Source: a virus. From it: a stretch of DNA of 64,000 nucleotides. Each line of letters begins with the position of its first letter. The first letter of the stretch is position 1. A model generated the notes under the pieces. The model was not told the origin of the DNA and searched no databases. It worked only from the letters and a program-made list of their open reading frames with translations. The stretch lies in the IMG/VR virus record IMGVR_UViG_3300025450_000016, one strand, 5' to 3'. This document shows positions 9,192-17,859 of this stretch, piece after piece. Position numbers and translations under genes: made by a program.

Positions 9192-9974
9192 TTAAAGTAA
9201 ATTTAATTTTTCCGTTAGATAATCAAACAACACTCGATGTGCTGCTTGGTTCGGATGTATGCCGTCAGGCCGAAACGGATCCTCACGAAACAGCTTGAGA
9301 TTATCGATCAATTCTTCAGCTTCGGCCAATATACGCTTGCCCAGCTCACGATCAAAAATTGAAAAATCAATAATGTCTTGATCCCACGTGTGTACCACAC
9401 CAAAGGTTTGATTTTGGCAACGACTGTGCTCGCTAAAGTGCCCTACCAGTAAGTATATCCAAGAAGGTACTATGCTGACTAAATTTTTAAATTCTGCCAT
9501 TACGTCTTGGTTGATGTTGAAAGTACCGCCTATACAGTATATTTGAGTATTGTACTGTTGTGCAGTTTGATTCAGCTGAGAATAAATTTTTTGTTGTTGC
9601 TCAACAACTAGATTTTTTAATCCGCCGGCTTGTTGTATGCATTGTGAGAATTTTGGCAATACCACATTCTCGTGAGACTTTAATGTACCTGTTTCTATTT
9701 TTTCAAGTGTAATAAGATCTGTCAAGGGATCGGCTTGTATCCACAGTATTACGTCACCGGGCTGATAGGATTCAGCTAATTTTTGATCTAAGATTTGGTT
9801 TATTTTTTGATGATATGTGCGTGGCTTGGCCGAGTTAACAACTTGATAGCCAGCTTCGGTAAAGTATTGTTGTATACCACCGTGTATGACTTCTGCTCCG
9901 TGCCATTCGCCCATGGCCCAACTAAGGCCGGCTACAAATATTTTAGGTTTTTGCTCGTTTAAAGATGGGATCAT
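9192..9974 (-). CDS. SGNH-like protein, tandem paralog of 8419..9189
   Basis: KPKIFV.G.SWA.GEW, ADPL.D, CIGG..N and DGIHPN shared with the neighbour; start uncertain. Confidence 0.6.
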   Translation of the reverse strand: MIPSLNEQKPKIFVAGLSWAMGEWHGAEVIHGGIQQYFTEAGYQVVNSAKPRTYHQKINQILDQKLAESYQPGDVILWIQADPLTDLITLEKIETGTLKSHENVVLPKFSQCIQQAGGLKNLVVEQQQKIYSQLNQTAQQYNTQIYCIGGTFNINQDVMAEFKNLVSIVPSWIYLLVGHFSEHSRCQNQTFGVVHTWDQDIIDFSIFDRELGKRILAEAEELIDNLKLFREDPFRPDGIHPNQAAHRVLFDYLTEKLNLL

Positions 9975-10443
9975 AGATTGTGAATACCGATTGAAAATCC
10001 TTACTGACTTGAGCACGTACTGGAACAAACCCAGTCAGCATTTCTTTTAAATTTATTCTGGTATCAGCACGATAAGATCCTTTGATATGTGTGGCATAAA
10101 TTCTGTCAAACAAATCGTGTGCTTGTTCCAGCAATGCCGCGCCACCGATCACAAACACAGTTTTATCCGGGTGACGACTTTCAAGTTCTAACAGTCGTTC
10201 TTTGATGTCACCACTGACAGGACTTGCGTGTAGTACTGGCTTGTGTGTAAACACGTAAACTGTACGACCTGGCAGGGGCTTGGGCATCTTGGCATCATCC
10301 CAAGTATTGCGGCCGCATACTACTACGTGTCCGTCAGTTATTCGTTGAAAGTTGGCTAAATCTTCAGCGTTATGAGGCCACGGCAATGTACCGTTGAACC
10401 CCATACCGCCGTTGAAGTCAACGGCAAATATGGCATTAATCAT
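9943..10443 (-). CDS. folA: Dihydrofolate reductase
   Basis: AIFAVD..GGMG..G.LPW, DL..F..IT, GR.TW, PLPGR, VIGGA. Confidence 0.95.
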   Translation of the reverse strand: MINAIFAVDFNGGMGFNGTLPWPHNAEDLANFQRITDGHVVVCGRNTWDDAKMPKPLPGRTVYVFTHKPVLHASPVSGDIKERLLELESRHPDKTVFVIGGAALLEQAHDLFDRIYATHIKGSYRADTRINLKEMLTGFVPVRAQVSKDFQSVFTIYDPIFKRAKT

Positions 10444-10787
10444 AAATCTTTTAAGAGTTGATCGGTGATGGGTTGTATAAACTTGGCTACGCTATCTACA
10501 CTGATATGAAAATCAACGTCTTGAATAATGTCATCAAGGTCGTGTAATTTTTTATTGATCAGTTGTTCTACAAATTCAGGTTCGGCACCTTCGTCAATCA
10601 TTTCTGCAATGTTGACATCGACACTGGTACCGTCTTTGAGGTTAACTGTGATGTAGCGTAACACACCAATGGGTACTTGCTCTTTGTTAATTTCTTTAAT
10701 GAGCTTTTCCCACTGGTCTTTTCTATTTAAATTAAGCCGCTTGCTTTTTGGCTGGCGTGGCTTTTTTGGCTCTTGTTGTTTTGGCAT
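10440..10787 (-). CDS. Phage hypothetical protein
   Basis: ATGA overlap with DHFR. Confidence 0.7.
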   Translation of the reverse strand: MPKQQEPKKPRQPKSKRLNLNRKDQWEKLIKEINKEQVPIGVLRYITVNLKDGTSVDVNIAEMIDEGAEPEFVEQLINKKLHDLDDIIQDVDFHISVDSVAKFIQPITDQLLKDL

Positions 10788-11430
10788 TTTTAGCAGGTTT
10801 CAGTGTGGATGCTTCGGCTTCTAATCTTTTTGCTTCAGCAATTAACTGAGCAGCCTGTGCTTTCATTTGTTCAGCTTGACTTAGTCTTTGTGCAGCTAGA
10901 TCATCGTCACTTAACACACCTTTGATGTATGCAGCGGCATTGTTGGTTGCTTCAACGTCTAGGTTAGTACGACTAACACTGGTGTTGTTTGGAGGCATAC
11001 CAACTTCGCGACCTTGACGAACTTTCTTGGTCTGCATACCTGCTTCTTTGTCTAGATCAGCTAGGCGTTTGACAGCTTGCTCACCTTTGCTCATTTCGTC
11101 CAAGATGCTGTTTAATTCATCTAGGCGCACACTTGATTTGGCAGTAGGAGTGATTAAGATTTGGCTGGTAGGCACTTTCTTGATAAAACCTTCTTTGTGT
11201 AGTACGTCAAGTGCATTACGACCATCGGCCATTACTGTACGGAACAGCACATCGCTGAAGTCAGTGGCATTTTGACCAATTGGGCTTTCCAATGCTTTCA
11301 TAACTTCGTCGTGGATCATACGTGGCAATGTGTCGCTGTATGCTACTAGGCCCATATGGTCTTCATTTGGGACCTTGCGCCATAGTAATACTATTTTTCT
11401 GTTGTTGTGTTTACCAACGTGCTTAATCAT
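10732..11430 (-). CDS. Phage hypothetical protein with coiled-coil and basic tail
   Basis: AAGGA RBS; Ala/Lys-rich C-terminus. Confidence 0.75.
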   Translation of the reverse strand: MIKHVGKHNNRKIVLLWRKVPNEDHMGLVAYSDTLPRMIHDEVMKALESPIGQNATDFSDVLFRTVMADGRNALDVLHKEGFIKKVPTSQILITPTAKSSVRLDELNSILDEMSKGEQAVKRLADLDKEAGMQTKKVRQGREVGMPPNNTSVSRTNLDVEATNNAAAYIKGVLSDDDLAAQRLSQAEQMKAQAAQLIAEAKRLEAEASTLKPAKNAKTTRAKKATPAKKQAA

Positions 11431-11445
11431 TTTGATTTTCCTTTA

Positions 11446-11748
11446 TTATTCTGCAGCAGCATCTTCAGCTGATTCAGCTGATTCTGTGGCAGTACTGCTA
11501 ATAGTTTCATCACTTGATGGAGCCGAAGATGCAGCAGTTAATGCTCCACTGGCTGATAAGAATGTGGTCAAGCGATCAAATAGTCCGCCAACTTGGCTGA
11601 GTTCTTCGGCTTTAAAAGCACCACGCTGTGTGGTAAGTTGAATAACTTGAGCACACAACAATAAATCCTGAAGTGTGAGCTGTGGACCAGCTGGGGTTGT
11701 TGCTACTGTGTCTTCTGTAGTCTGTTCTACTGTTGTATTTTCTTGCAT
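11446..11748 (-). CDS. Acidic phage hypothetical protein
   Basis: GGAG RBS; TAAATA motif upstream at 11775-11780. Confidence 0.75.
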   Translation of the reverse strand: MQENTTVEQTTEDTVATTPAGPQLTLQDLLLCAQVIQLTTQRGAFKAEELSQVGGLFDRLTTFLSASGALTAASSAPSSDETISSTATESAESAEDAAAE

Positions 11749-11810
11749 AGTGTCTCCGTAATAAACTATGCATATATTTACGATCTGTAACAGACCATAA
11801 AAAATTTTTC

Positions 11811-12098
11811 TTAACCAAAATCGTGTTGGTTAATTTGATCCAAAATTAAAGCAAACATACTGGCTTCGCCGGCTATTTCAAAAGCGGCTCTTTTTTGCAT
11901 TTGCACGTGGCCGTCGGCATCTTTATAATACCAATCGCCGTACCAAAACCGACCAGTCAAATTGGTCCAAATCCAATCACTGATGATCTTGGGACTGGCC
12001 ACTAGATCAAAATCCACTGCGGTAAAATGTGGTGGGCAGTAGGACAGTTCTCTTAGTCCAAAAACGGCCAATGGATTGGCTTCTCCGTGTTTAAGCAT
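11811..12098 (-). CDS. Phage hypothetical protein
   Basis: Coupled ORF in a minus-strand string. Confidence 0.7.
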   Translation of the reverse strand: MLKHGEANPLAVFGLRELSYCPPHFTAVDFDLVASPKIISDWIWTNLTGRFWYGDWYYKDADGHVQMQKRAAFEIAGEASMFALILDQINQHDFG

Positions 12099-12387
12099 TC
12101 TTTTCTTTGATAGCGTCTATAGTTGATTGACTGAGCTCACCTTCAATGATCTTGAATTTGGTATCTGCTTGATTGAGCTCGGGCAACGTGATGCGGTCCC
12201 GTAACAGTTCTTCGGCATCACGCACAAACACTTCAGTGGCCTGATATTGTTTGGTGTACTGTGCAATTTCTACACTTCGCATAAGATCGTCCAAGGTATT
12301 TTCTAGCCGAAGCATACGCACCTGTAACTTCAGTGCCAATTCACGTGCAGCTTTGGGTTTTAGTTTGGTTGGGTCTTGAAATTCCAT
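12091..12387 (-). CDS. Phage hypothetical protein
   Basis: Coupled ORF with TAATG overlap. Confidence 0.7.
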   Translation of the reverse strand: MEFQDPTKLKPKAARELALKLQVRMLRLENTLDDLMRSVEIAQYTKQYQATEVFVRDAEELLRDRITLPELNQADTKFKIIEGELSQSTIDAIKEKNA

Positions 12388-12602
12388 TATTTAATTCCTA
12401 AGGTTGTGGGGCTGTGATCCAATCTATCGCCATGCTCATCTGAGTAAAAGGTTGCGGTCTTGTCTGTTATTGTAACAGATAAATCTGAATGAAGCAAGTC
12501 GTAATCGGTAAATTCAAAGGTATCAGTATATACTCTAAATCGGTACTGCCCATCGGCACACCAAATTAATACACCTTCAACTCCGTCAGCTGATATTTTC
12601 AT
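12387..12602 (-). CDS. Phage hypothetical protein
   Basis: Start at MKISADG gives an ATGA overlap. Confidence 0.65.
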   Translation of the reverse strand: MKISADGVEGVLIWCADGQYRFRVYTDTFEFTDYDLLHSDLSVTITDKTATFYSDEHGDRLDHSPTTLGIK

Positions 12603-12832
12603 TGCCGTAATGTCTCCCACATATAGGTTGGATCGTCTTTGGGTACAACAGCCACCATTTTGATCCAGCCACGTTCATAAGCCTGTGCAATGATACTAGC
12701 ATACTCTCTAGGACACTGGCTGGTAATTTCAATACCAGCACGGTTGGCTAAAGTGAAAGATCCTTGTAGTTGAAAACTTGGATCACCTTTACGCAAAGTG
12801 ACCCAAGGCGTTTCGCTTACAGAGAATATCAT
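12599..12832 (-). CDS. Phage hypothetical protein
   Basis: GGAG RBS supplied by the end of the upstream FGVEE gene. Confidence 0.65.
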   Translation of the reverse strand: MIFSVSETPWVTLRKGDPSFQLQGSFTLANRAGIEITSQCPREYASIIAQAYERGWIKMVAVVPKDDPTYMWETLRQ

Positions 12833-12847
12833 TCTTCAACTCCGAAA
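12829..12847. repeat. Gene-end repeat tcattcttcaactcc(g/a)aaa (also 15132-15150, 15547-15565)
   Basis: Three near-identical 19-mers; minus strand reads GGAG-N7-ATGA. Confidence 0.85.
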
Positions 12848-13020
12848 TGTTGTAAAATCTGCTCACTACAATGTTCTCTACTTCTAGCATCATCCCCGGG
12901 CCCAGGACGACTGACACACAATAACGCACATTCTCTCACAATCAACTCGGCGAACCTTTCTATCTCTGCGTTTACTGTGATACCAGCCCGATGGGCCAAC
13001 TGAGCAAGGGTGAGGTTCAT
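12829..13020 (-). CDS. Small FAELIVREC...FGVEE family protein (copy 1)
   Basis: Motifs shared with 14778, 15132 and 15547 ORFs. Confidence 0.75.
   Translation of the reverse strand: MNLTLAQLAHRAGITVNAEIERFAELIVRECALLCVSRPGPGDDARSREHCSEQILQHFGVEE
12926..12960. repeat. Dispersed repeat core gcacattc..tcacaatcaactcggcgaac (also 14836-14870, 15265-15281 partial, 15632-15660)
   Basis: 32/35 identity with 14836-14870 and 27/29 with 15632-15660, counted by eye. Confidence 0.85.
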
Positions 13021-13211
13021 TTTCTTAGAATCCTAATTATTCCATCAGGAGTATTATTAATATTATATTGAAGGTCATTCAACTTGTTAGTTTCACTTAA
13101 CCTTTCCAATGTCTCATTTGATTTATCATTTTTGACATCTTCCCATAATGGTTGTTTCTTCATACTTCTACACCAATTTTGAGATTGAAGTTTTTTGGTT
13201 CTATTACCCAT
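13017..13211 (-). CDS. Hypothetical protein
   Basis: Fills the gap with an ATGA overlap; start uncertain. Confidence 0.5.
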   Translation of the reverse strand: MGNRTKKLQSQNWCRSMKKQPLWEDVKNDKSNETLERLSETNKLNDLQYNINNTPDGIIRILRK

Positions 13212-13214
13212 AAC

Positions 13215-13835
13215 TTATAGTAATCCTTGTTTCTTATATTCTTTTTCAAGCAGGTCCTTTGGAACACTATCACTTTTTCCAAGTCCTAACTTACGCTTTA
13301 ACTCTTGTCTAATCCTTGCCTTCTGACCTTGAATCTCTTTGGTTGATTCTTTGTGAGTTTTACCGAGCATACTTGTACCATATGATCCGTTTGCCTTGCG
13401 AGTTGCTACAATCTTTTTAACCACATTTTTTCGTTGCCCGGAGGCGTGTTGATCTCTTAGAGATTGCCTTCTTTTTTTACGACCAACTGCGGCCCTTTCA
13501 GTACCAAGCATTTCCTCAAGAGTTTTACCACGCATAGCATCACCAATGCGTTTCTTTTCTTCCTCGGTGTACGGATTGAGTTTTCTATACTCAATATTGG
13601 ATAAACGAATCTTTTCAACAATAGCCTCGAACTCGGGAGAATCGGCTCGTTCTGCCATTGCCTTTTCAATGGCCTTTTGATGACGCTCTTTGAATGTTGG
13701 ATCTTGAAAAAGAAGTTTTATGATCTCCCCATTACCAGCATAGCGAACTCGTTTAGCAAAGTCATCACTTAACAGTTCTTCATTGCTGATGCCAGGAAGT
13801 TCTTGGTTGCCCCAATTGTCTTTTTTCAAGCTCAT
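13215..13835 (-). CDS. Basic protein with NUMOD3-like DNA-binding segments
   Basis: MLGKTHKESTKE and YTEEEKKRIG..MRGK resemble homing-endonuclease NUMOD3; no nuclease motif seen. Confidence 0.55.
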   Translation of the reverse strand: MSLKKDNWGNQELPGISNEELLSDDFAKRVRYAGNGEIIKLLFQDPTFKERHQKAIEKAMAERADSPEFEAIVEKIRLSNIEYRKLNPYTEEEKKRIGDAMRGKTLEEMLGTERAAVGRKKRRQSLRDQHASGQRKNVVKKIVATRKANGSYGTSMLGKTHKESTKEIQGQKARIRQELKRKLGLGKSDSVPKDLLEKEYKKQGLL

Positions 13836-14668
13836 TGTCCTTCTCCCCAGTTACCAATTTGGTTGTCTGCTAATGTCTCCCAATCTTTAGGGAAATGGTG
13901 ACGCAAGTCAGCAAGTTTTACAGCCACACGAGGAGTAATCTCTGTGAGAGTTTTATAGTTTTTGTTGATGTATTTCAGTGCATCTGCTTGAACTTCATCT
14001 GGGTACCCACAAATACCATCTTGCTCAAATGCTTCGCAATTGGCCCCGAGCATATCTACTTCTTTGATAAGGTGAAGTGTGTATAACAACTTTTCGTCAT
14101 CGTTGAAATAGCATTTAATAATATTAAAACGACTTACCAAGGCATCGTAGTGCTGTTTGGCGGCCTTCTTAATATCTGCCATTGTGTCGTTAGTAATCCA
14201 AATTACCGTGCCGTCATATTCAAACGACATAGGCACATCTAATGCAATCATCAATGGATTTCGTTGTGCTCGTTCCCAACTAATCTGGCGAGGACGACTT
14301 GATGGCTCAGTGGCACCTTTAATCATATCAAGAATATCACGCTTTTCGCTACCGCTACGATGAATCAGGTCACAGTCGTCTAAGATGAGAACACGATGTT
14401 TGGCACGATTTTGATACAGTTTAACATATAAGGCCGCGGCTGAAATTGAGCCACCTTTGATATATTCTGCGTCCGGTTGTGCGTTCCTGTCTGCAAATGC
14501 TTTACGCACCCAGTGGGTCTTGCCGGTACCGGCATCACCAGAAATTAATAGTCCTTTGATAGCACTATCTTTGTTGTCAATAAATGATCCTGTCATTTTG
14601 TATACAGTATCAAATTTATCAACCACCCGTTGAACAACGGGATTTGTAATGAGAGTTTCAGTTGTCAT
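13832..14668 (-). CDS. P-loop AAA-type ATPase
   Basis: Walker A GDAGTGKT, Walker B LILDDCD, ITN sensor-1, LVSR arginine finger. Confidence 0.85.
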   Translation of the reverse strand: MTTETLITNPVVQRVVDKFDTVYKMTGSFIDNKDSAIKGLLISGDAGTGKTHWVRKAFADRNAQPDAEYIKGGSISAAALYVKLYQNRAKHRVLILDDCDLIHRSGSEKRDILDMIKGATEPSSRPRQISWERAQRNPLMIALDVPMSFEYDGTVIWITNDTMADIKKAAKQHYDALVSRFNIIKCYFNDDEKLLYTLHLIKEVDMLGANCEAFEQDGICGYPDEVQADALKYINKNYKTLTEITPRVAVKLADLRHHFPKDWETLADNQIGNWGEGQ

Positions 14669-14752
14669 ATAGTTCCTTTCTGAATTGTCTTGACAAATCT
14701 AACCATTTAGTAGGTTTTCTTTTAGATGCCTAGACATCTAACCCACACGCAT

Positions 14753-14781
14753 ATAATAGCACATCTATTTATTCTTGTCAA
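14753..14781 (-). promoter_or_regulatory. Sigma70 promoter TTGACA-N17-TATTAT with extended TG
   Basis: Read directly on the minus strand; followed by a hairpin at 14722-14741. Confidence 0.8.
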
Positions 14782-14978
14782 TCCTTGATGTATCCAAAAT
14801 GCTCTAATATATTCTTAGGATCAGAACACAATCCGGCACATTCCTTCACAATCAACTCGGCGAACTTTTCCAAGTATTCTTCTGGAGTATAGTTGTCTAT
14901 CATTTCTCTGCCACTATCGTCCCAAAGTGTAAATCCTATACCAGCCTCGAGGGCAAGTTCTCTAATCCGCTCATTCAT
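14778..14978 (-). CDS. Small FAELIVKEC family protein (copy 2)
   Basis: MNERIRELA...EKFAELIVKECA...ILEHFG. Confidence 0.75.
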   Translation of the reverse strand: MNERIRELALEAGIGFTLWDDSGREMIDNYTPEEYLEKFAELIVKECAGLCSDPKNILEHFGYIKD

Positions 14979-15135
14979 AGTATGGGTCCTGTGCTATACC
15001 TACATTAAGTTTGAACCAATCAATCTTAACTTTATTGTCTTGATATACTCTATCAACTTCAACACCGTTTTCTATTACTGTGGTCATATCGTCCCAGGTA
15101 ATAGTAGCTCTATAGTTAATATCTTCTTCGTTCAT
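14971..15135 (-). CDS. Hypothetical protein, 54 aa (not in ORF track)
   Basis: MNEEDINYRATITWDD...QDPYYE; GGAG RBS and ATGA overlap. Confidence 0.65.
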   Translation of the reverse strand: MNEEDINYRATITWDDMTTVIENGVEVDRVYQDNKVKIDWFKLNVGIAQDPYYE

Positions 15136-15371
15136 TCTTCAACTCCGAAAACTGAAATTTTCTTAACCATATCACCTAACCGCAGTTCCACAGATAAACG
15201 ACGCTCGTTTCCGTTAAACATTCCGTCGCTAACTACAGCCGTATTGGCGATTTCATTAAACAATAACTCGGCGAACTTTTCTAATTCGTTGTATGACATA
15301 TTGCCGTCACTTAGATTAGCCTCTGTAATGCCAACCTGTTCACTAAGTTCTCTAATCTTCTTCTCGTTCAT
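15132..15371 (-). CDS. Small FAEL...FGVEE family protein (copy 3)
   Basis: MNEKKIREL...EKFAELL...FGVEE. Confidence 0.75.
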   Translation of the reverse strand: MNEKKIRELSEQVGITEANLSDGNMSYNELEKFAELLFNEIANTAVVSDGMFNGNERRLSVELRLGDMVKKISVFGVEE

Positions 15372-15550
15372 TCAAATGCACCTTCCATATCCTGTTGCAC
15401 CATATCATACATCGAACTATAACAAGTTGGACAAAATGCTACAGGTAATATTCCAAAGTAGCCTTGTACTCCGCCTTCGTCATCTGTAAACTCACAACTG
15501 CATACATTACATTTGTGGGTATCGCCCACGTGCTCTAATCCTTCGATCAT
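15368..15550 (-). CDS. Small zinc-finger-like protein
   Basis: CNVC...CPTC. Confidence 0.65.
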   Translation of the reverse strand: MIEGLEHVGDTHKCNVCSCEFTDDEGGVQGYFGILPVAFCPTCYSSMYDMVQQDMEGAFE

Positions 15551-15747
15551 TCTTCAACTCCAAAATGTTCTAGAATCATTCTGTTTGACCACTTACCCCA
15601 ATCTTCACTATATTGATTTTTTACCACTTCAGCACATTCTCTCACAATTAACTCGGCAAATAGATCTAATCCTTCTGGATCTGGATTATCTGCTACTCCA
15701 GCCTGCAGAGCAAAATCTTTAATTTGTTTTTTCATAGTCTCAATCAA
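15547..15747 (-). CDS. Small FAELIVREC...FGVEE family protein (copy 4)
   Basis: LFAELIVRECA...ILEHFGVEE; start could be 15735. Confidence 0.75.
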   Translation of the reverse strand: MIETMKKQIKDFALQAGVADNPDPEGLDLFAELIVRECAEVVKNQYSEDWGKWSNRMILEHFGVEE

Positions 15748-15934
15748 TTTGCACGTCGACCAAACAACCGTCTCGAAAGATATAGTACATTTCTAAACTG
15801 TAACCACCTCGCGGTACCGAGACCCATACACATCCATTACCCGGTTGCATAGTGTAGTCATCGTAGCCATTGCGACGCATTTCTTCTATTACCACCAGAC
15901 GTTCAAACTCATTTACTTCTTGTACTGCTATCAT
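15740..15934 (-). CDS. Hypothetical protein
   Basis: ATGA overlap with the VWA gene. Confidence 0.65.
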   Translation of the reverse strand: MIAVQEVNEFERLVVIEEMRRNGYDDYTMQPGNGCVWVSVPRGGYSLEMYYIFRDGCLVDVQID

Positions 15935-17187
15935 TTTTCTGCATCTTCATAGTGAGCGTATACACCAAATTCGGGCTCTGCGTTCTTGTTGCCTTTGATA
16001 ATCCAAACAGTATCGCAATACTGCTCAACTTCTTCTGGACTCCAACCAAAGAAACAGTAGTCAGTAAACATAATCAGCTTTTTGGGCTCAATTTGGTTTT
16101 CTTCCAACCACTTCCATACACAATGCGGATCTGTACCGCCGCCGCCACCGGGCACAAACTCTTCGATATTGGCAATGTTATCGCTGGTAAACACTTCGCT
16201 ATTGTGTACTTCGGTATCCCAACCTACCACGTGTATACGATACTCATCGTAACTTTCCATAATACCTTTGATTTCACTTAGGAAGATTTTAAGATCGTTG
16301 TCGGTAATAGAACCCGAAGTATCAATGCCAATTACTACATCAATCTGTTCGCCGGGCTTCATACCGGGCATAACAGCATCCATATGCCAACTCCGACGAC
16401 TTGGGCGAGCCCAGGTAAAGTCACTTTTTACAGTTGACTCAATCTGTTGCTGTAGCAATTCGCGCCAGTTCATAACCGGCTCGCATAGATCGCGAATCAT
16501 ACGCTTGACACCGCCGGGAATATTACCAGCACCTGCAGCATTGGCCGCCGCTAGTACTGCTTCTTTGACTTCGTCGCGGATTGCTTTCTTTTCTTCTTCA
16601 CTCAGTCTAGGGCGGCCGTTGCCGGGTTTGTCTCCATCACCGTCGCCTTCACCATCTTCGCCTTCACCATCCAAGTGTTCGTCCAATAGACGTTTCATCA
16701 ATTCATCAATATTGATCTTGTCAGCATTTTCGTACAAGTCATCGTAGACTTCTTCGGCGCTCATACCTTTGTATTTAGAATCGTAAAGTGCTACAGGAAT
16801 CTTGTCACCAACTCGTTGTTCTACCAAATCCCAGTTTACACAATAGTCATCGGCAATATTCCACAGTTTGGGATCACGATTACCACGACGTCCCATATGA
16901 TCATAGACCGCGTGTAACACTTCGTGGCCTACCAAGAACTCCAACTGTTTGAGTGGTAGTGAGTTTACAAATTCACTATTGTAGTAGAACTTGCGACCAT
17001 CTGTTGCGGCAGTAGGACACCAGCCATCAGCATTGATCAATGTCATACGAGTGGCCAAGTTGCCAAAGAACGGAGCACGAAGTAACAAGCCGATACGTGC
17101 AGTCACCAATTTTTCACGTGCTGACGCATCTACTTTGGGATCTGTTTCTATTACTTTTTTGCTTTTTTCTGCTAGTGTAGTTGACAT
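15931..17187 (-). CDS. Putative metallopeptidase + VWA-like domain protein (DUF2201-like)
   Basis: TAATDG, HEVLH (HExxH), acidic linker, DTSGS MIDAS, GGGGTD, FTD. Confidence 0.88.
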   Translation of the reverse strand: MSTTLAEKSKKVIETDPKVDASAREKLVTARIGLLLRAPFFGNLATRMTLINADGWCPTAATDGRKFYYNSEFVNSLPLKQLEFLVGHEVLHAVYDHMGRRGNRDPKLWNIADDYCVNWDLVEQRVGDKIPVALYDSKYKGMSAEEVYDDLYENADKINIDELMKRLLDEHLDGEGEDGEGDGDGDKPGNGRPRLSEEEKKAIRDEVKEAVLAAANAAGAGNIPGGVKRMIRDLCEPVMNWRELLQQQIESTVKSDFTWARPSRRSWHMDAVMPGMKPGEQIDVVIGIDTSGSITDNDLKIFLSEIKGIMESYDEYRIHVVGWDTEVHNSEVFTSDNIANIEEFVPGGGGGTDPHCVWKWLEENQIEPKKLIMFTDYCFFGWSPEEVEQYCDTVWIIKGNKNAEPEFGVYAHYEDAEK

Positions 17188-17211
17188 AGTCGCTCCTTAA
17201 CTTATGTATAT

Positions 17212-17257
17212 ATTATAGCATTTTGATCATTATGTGTCTGTGGCTTTTTTGCCACAG
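17212..17257 (-). promoter_or_regulatory. Sigma70-type promoter CAGACA-N17-TATAAT with a 20-bp dyad overlapping -35
   Basis: TGnTATAAT; perfect inverted repeat CTGTGGC-T6-GCCACAG at 17238-17257. Confidence 0.75.
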
Positions 17258-17260
17258 TTT

Positions 17261-17551
17261 TTAGCCCCACTGTAGCATAACCGCACTTAAAGTGGCATCA
17301 TCTTTGAGGTACAATCTCAAATTATTAAACTCTGTGTCCCAGGACCAAACTCGGTCTGATTCCATCTTTGTTTTCCCGGGAACCATTCGAATAAACCCAA
17401 GCTCGGAACTGGGTCCAAATACCGACCAACACCATTCGCGCCAGCCTTTAAACTCTTCGATTCTTTCATCCTTGCCGATAACATTAGGCTCTATTACATA
17501 TTTGAATATCATATGACCGTTATATCTGCGATCTAGTTTAGTGACTTTCAT
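17261..17551 (-). CDS. Phage hypothetical protein
   Basis: AAGGA RBS before MKVTKLDRRY. Confidence 0.7.
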   Translation of the reverse strand: MKVTKLDRRYNGHMIFKYVIEPNVIGKDERIEEFKGWREWCWSVFGPSSELGFIRMVPGKTKMESDRVWSWDTEFNNLRLYLKDDATLSAVMLQWG

Positions 17552-17804
17552 TGTATTTCCTTGCCCTTGCGGCGAACACATCGTTGGCCCGTGCAACTGT
17601 GTCATAACTTGTAGAAACTGGCGCTGATACGGTAACAGAGCCTTGGCGTTCTTCTTGACAGATCTTTTCATCGTGTATGACCCTTGCTATTTTACAGTCT
17701 TGATTGGCCACAGCACTGACAGCGTGATCGGTTAGGCCCTTGCCAGTGGTTTCATACGTGACTACACTGGAAATACCCAGCACAAGAATGATAGTTTCTA
17801 GCAT
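17538..17804 (-). CDS. Small membrane or exported protein
   Basis: Hydrophobic N-terminus, TGK..TDHA.S.....DC motif. Confidence 0.6.
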   Translation of the reverse strand: MLETIILVLGISSVVTYETTGKGLTDHAVSAVANQDCKIARVIHDEKICQEERQGSVTVSAPVSTSYDTVARANDVFAARARKYNESH

Positions 17805-17859
17805 AAGAATAAGGAGGACTTACGGCTTGCACCTGCCCCCTGCCTGTGACAGCAACCGT

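Noticed and set aside
12829-15660. CRISPR array
   Set aside because: Repeats are irregularly spaced, lie inside coding sequences, and no cas genes are present
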